64,000 nt of DNA, from the NCBI GenBank assembly GCA_019419445.1, contig DXZX01000005.1, positions 10,196 through 74,195 of the forward strand. Direction: 5' to 3'. This DNA is from Collinsella sp. Lineage in GTDB: Bacteria > Actinomycetota > Coriobacteriia > Coriobacteriales > Coriobacteriaceae. Shown here one piece after another: positions 20,101-27,313 of the stretch. Position 1 is the stretch's first letter; each line of letters opens with the position of its first letter. The position numbers and the translations under genes were made by a program. The notes beneath the pieces are model-generated. The model was not told where the DNA came from. It saw nothing but the letters and a program-made list of their open reading frames with translations, and searched no databases.

Positions 20101-20426
20101 TCAGCGTGCTGGAGCGCAAAAAGGAGATTGGCATCCTGCGCGCGATTGGCGCGTCAAAGCGCAACGTGGCCAACGTATTCAACGCCGAGACCTTTATCGA
20201 AGGCCTCATTGCCGGCGTCTTTGCCATTGTCGTCGTAGTGGCCGTGAGCTTTCCGGTCAATGCCTGGGCGCTTGCGGCTAAGCAAGTACCCAATCTGATG
20301 AGCCTGCCCGTTCAAGATGCGCTGATGCTCATCGCGATTTCGGTGCTGCTGACGGTCGTTGCCGGCCTGCTGCCTGCCCGCAGCGCATCCAAGAAAGACC
20401 CCGTGGAAGCCCTACGCTCCGAATAA
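17172..20426 (+). CDS. Fused ABC transporter ATP-binding/permease (MacB/FtsX type)
   Basis: GPSGSGKT, LSGGQMQR, DEPTGALD; FtsX-like C-terminus SVLERKKEIGILRAIGA...DPVEALRSE. Start at MLDLRD. Confidence 0.92.
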   Translation: MLDLRDICKRYVTQSFTQVALDSVSLSFRDNEFVAILGPSGSGKTTMLNVIGGLDHFDAGDLLIDGISTKDFSDRDWDAYRNNRIGFVFQSYNLIPHQTILENVELALTLTGVGRAERRQRAREALEKVGLGEHVNKRPSQLSGGQMQRVAIARALINDPEIVLADEPTGALDSTTSVQVMDLLKDVARDRLVVMVTHNPELAYQYATRIVNLADGKITDDSDPFDVAKAARREAKPTRKTSMSFVTALGLSARNLMTKKGRTAMTAFAGSIGIIGIAAILALSNGVNGYIKKVEEDTLSSYPLTISKQDYDLSSMMGGHEATDEEVSKGESSSDGATGGKAKGTDKIPVVTAVKDMFASVKSNDMTSFKAWLDGGGDGIDKEVNAIQYGYGVTPVVYRSSKGDERPVRLVPNAMTEAMSGGASSAATVSMDSMGTSVFNEMIDDQSLLDSQYDVVAGHWPTSANEAVMVLSSRGTVGDYTLYSIGALDIDELNDLVNSAMTADGKVETPETGTDFTYDDALSTTFKVLSPADAYRKNEETGMWTDMSGDADFMAAKVADGIDVRIVGVVRPNETANASALSPGIAYTHALTRQLMERAADSQIVQEQLAHPETDVFTGKTFDELQGEAKQGVDLSSMFSVDEAALKSAFSLDTSVLSGAAGGMDLSGLDLFGLDIDLSGVGKGIDFSDIMAKAPAPDFSGIFDGLELTPEQMQQVGALANQLFEGFMRSDQFKALSPEDLKDASKLAAAFSAYLENDVAAQQYLAQLRALGGDALAERLQQVMGDYVQKQLAPYLQQSMDQVMKAVSEQIATTVSTQLKAGAAGLMGQMATQMSSSFANLASAMRVDASAFARAIHFNMDAEDLSSLMMSYAKASKLTYDNNLTTLGYADEADPISVKIFPRDFEAKERVLDHVDAYNKQVKAAGHDEQAISYTDYMGIIMGSVTDIVNTISLVLIAFVSISLVVSSIMIGIITYISVLERKKEIGILRAIGASKRNVANVFNAETFIEGLIAGVFAIVVVVAVSFPVNAWALAAKQVPNLMSLPVQDALMLIAISVLLTVVAGLLPARSASKKDPVEALRSE

Positions 20427-20457
20427 TGTGACAAAGGGACTGCCCCTTTGTCACATT
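20425..20457. repeat. Palindromic element family A, copy 2 (overlaps the ABC gene TAA)
   Basis: AATGTGACAAAGGG ACTGC CCCTTTGTCACATT. Confidence 0.9.
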
Positions 20458-20462
20458 TGCGC

Positions 20463-21596
20463 CTAGCTCGTTTTGCCCACCAACGTGATACGGATGCTTG
20501 GATGGGTGTACTCGTCAAACTCGTCCTCTGGCTCCGTGTCAAACGAGTAATAAGCCTTGATGGGGTCGCCGCTCGTCCTGATGGAGATTCTCTCGTAGAG
20601 CGAGCCGTTCAAAAAAGCCTGCCTAAACTCTTCGGGGATCTTTTGCGGTGCTAGCAGCTCGGGCCTCACGGTCTTGGCGTCTATGGTTTGGACGGCAGAG
20701 GAAAGCTCGTCCAAGTCGAGCTCGATGCGGGCGAGGTTGTCCTCAAGGCTCGCGTCGGGGTCGATCTCTGCTATGTAACTGACTTCCTTGAGCGTTCCCT
20801 TGGTGTCGAAATCCAGGTACGTATAGGTCTTCTGGGTATCGGAGTCGCCTTCGTGCAGATAGCCGCGGACGTGATAGCCGTAATCTTGATATCGCTCGTA
20901 AGGGTTATCGGCGGACACGTACTCGCATGCGGGCTCTAGCGTCTTGCGGGCGATGGCGATCTGCTCGGCCGCGGCCTCGGCATTCTCCTGCATCTCGATG
21001 TTTCCCTGCGCCAGCTGCGGGATATAGGCACCGCACACGATTGCGAGGGGCAGCGCCACAAGTGCGATGATCCATTTTTTTGCACGGGGGATAGGCACGC
21101 TATAGTTCTCCGCCATGGCCTTTGCGTTAGCGAAGCTTTCGGTAAGTACGTCCGCTGCGGTGGCGACGGCGCCTACGGCAGCGGCGACTTCTGCCGCGCC
21201 GCCCAAGTTGCGCGCGGTCTCGTTGTCGCTGTTCTTAAGCAGGCGCGCGGCGGCCTGCGTGCCAACAACACCTGCGATTTGTGCCGAGCGGTCTTTCTCG
21301 GACTGCTCGACGGCGAGTCGGCGCTGCATTTCTTTCCACTGCTTGCCGCGCATGCCAAAGCGCGGCGCGAGCGCGCAATAGCAGAAGATGACGAGCTCGA
21401 CGGCGGTGAGCACCAGGGCGGCCATCATGCCCGTCTCCTGGAATCCTTCATGATGGAAGACGATGTCGTCGATCATTTCGAAGGGAATGATCAAAAATGG
21501 CAGCACGAACGCCATGGCAAGCGCCGCACCGGCAACTTTGGGGCAGAGGCAGTATCGCTGGATGCGCTTGCGTTCTTGTTCGGTGAGCTGCTGCAT
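20463..21596 (-). CDS. Hypothetical membrane protein (3 TM plus acidic extracytoplasmic domain)
   Basis: GAGG RBS before MQQLTEQ; three hydrophobic segments. Confidence 0.75.
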   Translation of the reverse strand: MQQLTEQERKRIQRYCLCPKVAGAALAMAFVLPFLIIPFEMIDDIVFHHEGFQETGMMAALVLTAVELVIFCYCALAPRFGMRGKQWKEMQRRLAVEQSEKDRSAQIAGVVGTQAAARLLKNSDNETARNLGGAAEVAAAVGAVATAADVLTESFANAKAMAENYSVPIPRAKKWIIALVALPLAIVCGAYIPQLAQGNIEMQENAEAAAEQIAIARKTLEPACEYVSADNPYERYQDYGYHVRGYLHEGDSDTQKTYTYLDFDTKGTLKEVSYIAEIDPDASLEDNLARIELDLDELSSAVQTIDAKTVRPELLAPQKIPEEFRQAFLNGSLYERISIRTSGDPIKAYYSFDTEPEDEFDEYTHPSIRITLVGKTS

Positions 21597-21795
21597 AGGG
21601 TCCTCGACTCTCATCGTTTTTCGGGGGTGATGCGCACACGCTCTTGAGTATAAATGAGTAGAGGGTGTGCGCTGTTCAAACATAGTGATCAACAGCGTGT
21701 TATTGGCAATCGTTGCGCAGCGACTGCTGGAGGGGTAGTTAACGCCAAGTAACCGCCTCTGCCTTGTGGGTGGTCTCAAGGACAAGGCATAATGC

Positions 21796-21826
21796 ATGTG
21801 ACAAAGGGACAGTCCCTTTGTCACAT
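21796..21826. repeat. Palindromic element family A, copy 3 (perfect)
   Basis: ATGTGACAAAGGGAC A GTCCCTTTGTCACAT. Confidence 0.9.
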
Positions 21827-21846
21827 TGATTTGAGAATGGATGTTG

Positions 21847-22800
21847 ATGTATTTATCGCTGGCCCCTATGGAGGGCATTACCGGGCATGTGTTCCGTCGC
21901 GTGCATGCGGAGTGCTTCGGTGCGCTCGATTGTTATTACACGCCGTTTTTGCCGCCGCCGCGGGTGGGAAACCGCTTTGGCGGCAAGGCGTTTAAGGAGA
22001 TCGATCCTGCCAATAACCAGGGACTTAATGTCGTCCCCCAGCTTATGTCCAAGAATGCGGACGAGTTTGTGTGGGCAGCACACGTGCTCGCCGACATGGG
22101 CTACCGCGAGGTCAATCTCAACCTTGGCTGCCCCTCGGGGACGGTTGTTGCCAAGGGCAAAGGGTCGGGCTTTCTGCGCAACCTCGACGAGCTCGAGGTG
22201 TTCCTGAGCGATGTGTGCGAGCGGTCGCCGTTGCCGGTGTCGGTAAAGACCAGGCTGGGGTTGGAGAGTGACGACGAATACGGGCGCGTGCTCGATCTGT
22301 ACTGCCGCATGCCGTTGGCAGAGCTGATCGTGCACCCGCGTGTACAGAGGGATCGCTATACGGGCTCGCCGCGCAAAGCGTTTTACGGCGAGACGTTGGA
22401 TCGCGCGCCATTTCCGGTGGCATACAACGGTGACATCTTTGATCTTGAGGACATGGATGCGCTGGTGGAGGCCTATCCCGGCACGCGCCATGTAATGCTG
22501 GGACGCGGCCTGCTCGCGAACCCCGCGCTGGCTCGCATGGTTAAGGGTGGCCCTGCTGCCACGGCAGTCGAACTGCAGCGTTTCCACGACACGCTGTTTG
22601 CGACCTATACAGAAGAGATTGGCGGCAACGTGGTCTTTCGTATGAAGGAGTGGTGGTTCTACGCCAAGTGCGCTTTCGCCGACCCCGCTACCGTTCACAA
22701 GCTCGTACGTAAGACCAAAAAGGTCGATGAATACCGCGCCGCCGTCGAGCGGGTCTTTCGCGAGCAGTCACTCGCGCCCATAGCCCGCTTCCACGGCTAG
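21847..22800 (+). CDS. dus: tRNA-dihydrouridine synthase family protein
   Basis: LAPMEG, NLNLGCP, KGKGSG, SVKTRLG, HPR, YNGDI, MLGRG. Start could be 21841. Confidence 0.9.
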   Translation: MYLSLAPMEGITGHVFRRVHAECFGALDCYYTPFLPPPRVGNRFGGKAFKEIDPANNQGLNVVPQLMSKNADEFVWAAHVLADMGYREVNLNLGCPSGTVVAKGKGSGFLRNLDELEVFLSDVCERSPLPVSVKTRLGLESDDEYGRVLDLYCRMPLAELIVHPRVQRDRYTGSPRKAFYGETLDRAPFPVAYNGDIFDLEDMDALVEAYPGTRHVMLGRGLLANPALARMVKGGPAATAVELQRFHDTLFATYTEEIGGNVVFRMKEWWFYAKCAFADPATVHKLVRKTKKVDEYRAAVERVFREQSLAPIARFHG

Positions 22801-22801
22801 T

Positions 22802-22857
22802 TAGTCATCGGGGGCGTTCTTTAACGACTAGTCATTTAAGAACGCCCCCGATGACTA
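22802..22857. repeat. Palindromic element family E, inverted dimer (TAGTCAT-GGGG(A/G)CGTTCT-GACTAG units)
   Basis: TAGTCATCGGGGGCGTTCTT...AAGAACGCCCCCGATGACTA, immediately after the dus stop. Confidence 0.85.
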
Positions 22858-22871
22858 TGTTGCAAAAAATT

Positions 22872-22925
22872 GTACGCCAGCATCCAAAAATGTCGAAAAA
22901 ATGTCGACTTTGGATGCTAGCGTAC
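22872..22925. repeat. Long inverted repeat with internal AAAAATGTCGA duplication
   Basis: GTACGCCAGCATCCAAA...TTTGGATGCTAGCGTAC, between convergent genes. Confidence 0.7.
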
Positions 22926-22969
22926 GTGTTTGGCCGTATGGGTTGGGGTGGTCGGTTGCAATGCGCGTA

Positions 22970-23215
22970 CTAGAGCAGGTTCTTCTGTGCCCAGGTGATG
23001 ATGTCGCTCGATTCGTAGAGTGGCTCGCCGTCAATGAACAGGCAGGGAACCTGGCGCTTTCCGCCGACGGCGATAAGCGTCTGCTCGGCATCGGGGTCGG
23101 TCGAGATATCGCGTTCGGGAATGGTCACGCCGTTATCGGCCAAAAAGCGCTTGACCTTTATGCAATACGGGCAGCCGGTCATAACGTACAGCGCGAGCTC
23201 ATGATCGGTAGTCAT
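22970..23215 (-). CDS. Glutaredoxin / NrdH-like redoxin
   Basis: CPYC, GGKRQVPCLFIDG, YESSDI. Confidence 0.9.
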   Translation of the reverse strand: MTTDHELALYVMTGCPYCIKVKRFLADNGVTIPERDISTDPDAEQTLIAVGGKRQVPCLFIDGEPLYESSDIITWAQKNLL

Positions 23216-23266
23216 AGGTCTCCAATCGGTTGAGGTTTTGATTGAAATACCCAAAGCCGCCGCGGT

Positions 23267-24094
23267 CTATGCACGCGTCAACAACGACTCGATTGCCTGT
23301 ACCAGAAACGCCGTGGCTCCGGTGCCGCAGGGCTTGTCGTAGTAGTCAACAAAGCGCTGGTCGGCAAGATAACCATTGGCGAGGCCCAGGTATGCTTCGT
23401 CCTGGGGCTCGTGTCCCCAGTTAAGGCCAATCCATCGGCGGTGCATTGCGACAAGCTTGCGGGCTTCGTTACTCTTTGGATCGCCGTCGCCCATGGCAAT
23501 CGAGAGCTGGCCCAGAATAGCGCGTTCAAGTTCCTTCATGTCGTTCCATGTCTCGGGATCCATATCCAGCAGTGCTTCGTTTGCGGCGTCGATCGCCTCG
23601 TCGCCATAGCGCGCTCGCGCCTCGGCACCGTAGCGCTCCTCGTTTTCTTGCACGGAGCGCCAGCGCTCCAGTTGCGGCAGCACGGCGCCCATGAGCGAGA
23701 CGGCTTCATCGAGCGACATGCCGGTGTTTTGTGCCAGGCGCGGGGCACAATCCTCGATCATTGCTTCCATTGTGGTGTCGTAGGTGTACTTGCCGCGGTC
23801 GTAGCACCACTTGCAGTAATGGTCGGTCGTGGCGCCCGCGGCATCGGTGCCGCAGTCGTCGGGCGTGAGCACCATGCCGCAGCTCTGACAATAGTGCTCG
23901 GGCATTTCGAGCAGGTGCGACAGTGGCTCTCCGGTAACGGCGGCAATGAGCTTCATCATGTCGATGCCCGGGGTGACTTCGCCGCGCTCCCAGCGGCTCA
24001 CGGCCTGGCGCGTGACATAGAGCTTGGCGGCGAGCTGCTCTTGGGTGAGGCTGTTGGCACGACGGATGGCGATGAGTTTTTCTGCAAAGGCCAT
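23267..24094 (-). CDS. XRE-HTH + zinc-ribbon + TipAS-like domain fusion regulator
   Basis: LTQEQLAAKLYVTRQAVSRWE; CQSCGM...YCKWCY; EARARYG...YLADQRFVDYYD. Confidence 0.85.
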   Translation of the reverse strand: MAFAEKLIAIRRANSLTQEQLAAKLYVTRQAVSRWERGEVTPGIDMMKLIAAVTGEPLSHLLEMPEHYCQSCGMVLTPDDCGTDAAGATTDHYCKWCYDRGKYTYDTTMEAMIEDCAPRLAQNTGMSLDEAVSLMGAVLPQLERWRSVQENEERYGAEARARYGDEAIDAANEALLDMDPETWNDMKELERAILGQLSIAMGDGDPKSNEARKLVAMHRRWIGLNWGHEPQDEAYLGLANGYLADQRFVDYYDKPCGTGATAFLVQAIESLLTRA

Positions 24095-24234
24095 AATGGC
24101 TCCTTTCTGCTGCTTGCGGCTTTAAGCATACGCGGCGGCCCACGCCCTTCCAAGCAACCGTTGGTTGCAAAAGGGGCGGTCGCGGTGAGGGATTACGCGC
24201 ATCGCGCATGCCCTCATGCCGTACAATGACCGGC

Positions 24235-24972
24235 ATGGAACCTATTGCACACATACATACCGACCTGCCGCAGAAGTTCGGCATTCCGCGCAACAGCTTT
24301 TTGGCGCCTCATCTGCAGGGACGCATCGTCTTTGAGCCGGAATTTGCCTCCAATGCGGCGGTTGAGGGCCTGGACTCCTTCTCTCATCTATGGCTGCTGT
24401 GGCGCTTCGAAAACGGAACGCCCGGCGGCACGGCAAACGACATAGCTGCCGATGCCAAGTCGCAGGACAGGTCCGGCACCAACGTCAAGTGGTCGAAAAC
24501 CGTGCGCCCGCCGCGTCTGGGTGGAGCCGAGCGCGTGGGCGTGTTTGCCACGCGCAGTCCGTTTCGCCCTAATCCCATCGGGCTCACCTGCGTCAAGCTC
24601 GACCGTGTCGAGCTCACCGACGATGGGCCCATCATCCATGTGCTGGGGGCCGACCTGCGCGACGGCACGCCCATCTACGACATTAAGCCCTACATTCCAT
24701 TTGCCGACTGTCACCCGGATGCGACGGGCGGCTGGATTGAGGATGCTCCGTGGCAAGGGCTCAACGTCGAGTTCCCGCAAGCGCTTCAAGACATGGTCCC
24801 GCCCGCAAAGCTCCCCGGCTTGGTCGAGGTCCTTCGCCAAGATCCACGCCGCGCGGGCAGCAAGCACGAGCCAAACCGCGTTTACCACTTGGCCTACGCC
24901 GGACTCGACATATCTTTTACGGTCGATGAAACCCAGCTAACCGTAGTCGCCGTCACCGACGCGCGAGACTAA
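24235..24972 (+). CDS. trmO: tRNA m6t6A37 methyltransferase TrmO/TsaA
   Basis: KFGIPR, FSHLWLLW, VRPPRLGG, GVFATRSPFRPNPIG, DGTPIYDIKPY. Confidence 0.92.
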   Translation: MEPIAHIHTDLPQKFGIPRNSFLAPHLQGRIVFEPEFASNAAVEGLDSFSHLWLLWRFENGTPGGTANDIAADAKSQDRSGTNVKWSKTVRPPRLGGAERVGVFATRSPFRPNPIGLTCVKLDRVELTDDGPIIHVLGADLRDGTPIYDIKPYIPFADCHPDATGGWIEDAPWQGLNVEFPQALQDMVPPAKLPGLVEVLRQDPRRAGSKHEPNRVYHLAYAGLDISFTVDETQLTVVAVTDARD

Positions 24973-25084
24973 CCAGCCATTCGTCCGCACCCGTCAAATT
25001 AAGCGCCAAACCCCGCTCCAAAATCGCCTACGCTGGTGGACAATAACGCCTACCAAAACAATCAACTTTGCACGGGGGCTCAGC

Positions 25085-26299
25085 ATGAAATACGACTTTA
25101 GCTCGCTTATCGACCGCCACGGCATGGACTCTATCGCTGTTGACTCTTGGGGCGAGATCCCCGGTATGGCTCCGAACGCACCCGACGAGGGCTTCGACCG
25201 CATCCCCATGTGGGTGGCCGACATGAATTTTGCCACGGTGCCCACGGTCCAGGAACACATCATTCAGCGTGCCCAGCACCCCATGTTTGGCTACTTTAAC
25301 CCGCGCGCTGAGTACTTCGATCGCATCATCGAATGGCAGAACCGCCGCAATGGCGTCGAAGGTTTGAGCCCTGAACATATCGGCTACGAAAACGGCGTGC
25401 TGGGCGGCGTCGTGTCGACGCTGCGCGCGTATGTCCAGCCGGGCGATGCGGTGCTGGTCCACAGCCCTACCTACATCGGCTTTACCAAGTCTATTGAGGC
25501 TGCGGGCTATCACATTGTCCACAGCCCGCTTAAGCTCGACGACCAGGGCGTGTGGCGTATGGACTTTGAGGACATGGAGCACAAGCTCGCCCAAAACCAC
25601 ATCCATGCCGCGGTGTTCTGCTCGCCGCACAATCCCTGCGGCCGCGTATGGGAACGCGACGAGATCGAGCGCGCCATGGACATCTATCGCCAGCACGATT
25701 GCGTAGTGATCTCGGACGAGATTTGGTCCGATATCATCCTGCCGGGGCACAAGCACATCCCGACGCAGTCGGTGAGCGAGGATGCCCGCATGCGCACGGT
25801 TGCCCTCTACGCGCCCAGCAAGACGTTCAACCTGGCGGGCCTGGTCGGCAGCTACCACATCATCTATAACGAGACGCTGCGCGACCGCGTGTGCGCCGTG
25901 TCCAACAAGACCCACTACAACGAGATGAATGTCCTCTCCATGCATGCGCTTATCGGTGCCTACCAGCCGCAGGGCTATGAGTGGGTGGACGAGCTCAATC
26001 AGGTGCTTGCCGGCAATATCGAGTACTTCTGCAATTACGTGGACGAGCATTTTGAGGGTGTGTCCTATTCACGTCCGCAGGGCACGTACATGGTGTTTCT
26101 GGACTGCACCGAGTGGTGCCGAGAGCATGGCCGCGATATTCAGTGGTTGCTCGATGAGGGGGTACGCGTGGGCGTGGGGTATCAGGACGGCCGCCCGTTC
26201 CACGGACCCTGCCACATTCGCGTGAATCTGGCGCTGCCGCTTTCGCGCGTAAGGGAGGCGTGCGACCGCCTGGACCGCTACGTTTTTAATGCACGGTAA
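25085..26299 (+). CDS. MalY/PatB-family PLP-dependent C-S lyase / aminotransferase
   Basis: PMWVADMNF, CSPHNPCGRVW, SDEIWSD, APSKTFNLAG. Confidence 0.92.
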   Translation: MKYDFSSLIDRHGMDSIAVDSWGEIPGMAPNAPDEGFDRIPMWVADMNFATVPTVQEHIIQRAQHPMFGYFNPRAEYFDRIIEWQNRRNGVEGLSPEHIGYENGVLGGVVSTLRAYVQPGDAVLVHSPTYIGFTKSIEAAGYHIVHSPLKLDDQGVWRMDFEDMEHKLAQNHIHAAVFCSPHNPCGRVWERDEIERAMDIYRQHDCVVISDEIWSDIILPGHKHIPTQSVSEDARMRTVALYAPSKTFNLAGLVGSYHIIYNETLRDRVCAVSNKTHYNEMNVLSMHALIGAYQPQGYEWVDELNQVLAGNIEYFCNYVDEHFEGVSYSRPQGTYMVFLDCTEWCREHGRDIQWLLDEGVRVGVGYQDGRPFHGPCHIRVNLALPLSRVREACDRLDRYVFNAR

Positions 26300-26311
26300 G
26301 TGAGCACTGCA

Positions 26312-26349
26312 TGTGGGGCCTTCTGCCAAGTCGGCTGGAAGGCCCCACA
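26312..26349 (+). terminator. Hairpin after the patB-like gene
   Basis: TGTGGGGCCTTC...GAAGGCCCCACA. Confidence 0.6.
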
Positions 26350-26443
26350 CGGTAAAGCGCCTGTAACAATTGGGCACTCGTGTGGTTTTGTTTGCTATTA
26401 TCTTTAACCATTTAAGTCTGTAAACAGGATCGTATGGAGCTCG

Positions 26444-27313
26444 ATGAAAAGATCCCGTCGCTCGGTTGCCATTTCGTTGTTTGTTGCGCTTGCAGTGGCG
26501 AGCGTCTTTGTCGTAGCGATAGCTGGCTGCTCCGGGTCGAATGACGGAGCCTCGACGTCTGCATTAGAAGGTCTGGACGCCTCGCAAGTCAAAGACGACG
26601 ACCTTAAGACGCTCAACGTCGGAAGCGACCTCTATCCACCGTTTGTGTATACCGACGAGTACGGCGATATCGTTGGTCTGGATGTCGAGATATTGACCGA
26701 GGCTTTGGCCCGCATTGGTTACAAGCCAAAGTACCAGCTGATCGATTGGGAAAAGAAGGAAGAGCTGCTGGCGAGCGGCGAGCTCGATTGCGTCATGGGC
26801 AGCTTTAGCATGACAGGTCGCGAAAACGAGTATCGTTGGGCCGGCCCGTACCTTGCGAGCCGCCAGGTGGTCGCGGTCGATCCCCAGAGCGATATCTACA
26901 CGCTTGCCGATCTTGAGGATAAGGTCGTGGCGGTCCAGTCCACCACCAAGCCCGAGGACATTTTGCTCAATCGCACAAATGAAAACGTTCCGCAGATCAA
27001 GGAACTCTACAGCTTTTCGGACGGTTCATACCTGAACCCGGCGCTCGTCGAGGGCCTGGTCGACGCTATCGCCGCGCATGAGTCCTCGTTCCTCACCTAC
27101 GAAAAAGACTATGGTGTGACATATCGCATTTTGGATGAGCCGCTGCTAGAGGTCGGTTTGGGCACCGCTTTCGATATCAACGATACGCGTGGCATCGACG
27201 TCAAGCTCACTCATGCCTACCAAGAAATGCTTGCCGATGGCACCATGGAACGCCTGGTGTCAAAGTACTTCGATGACCCTTCGCCATTTTTGAATATGGA
27301 GGGCCTGTCATGA
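26444..27313 (+). CDS. Amino-acid-type (family 3) substrate-binding lipoprotein
   Basis: IAGC lipobox, YPPF, GLDVEI, FSMTGRE, ADGTMERLVSKYF. Confidence 0.88.
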   Translation: MKRSRRSVAISLFVALAVASVFVVAIAGCSGSNDGASTSALEGLDASQVKDDDLKTLNVGSDLYPPFVYTDEYGDIVGLDVEILTEALARIGYKPKYQLIDWEKKEELLASGELDCVMGSFSMTGRENEYRWAGPYLASRQVVAVDPQSDIYTLADLEDKVVAVQSTTKPEDILLNRTNENVPQIKELYSFSDGSYLNPALVEGLVDAIAAHESSFLTYEKDYGVTYRILDEPLLEVGLGTAFDINDTRGIDVKLTHAYQEMLADGTMERLVSKYFDDPSPFLNMEGLS

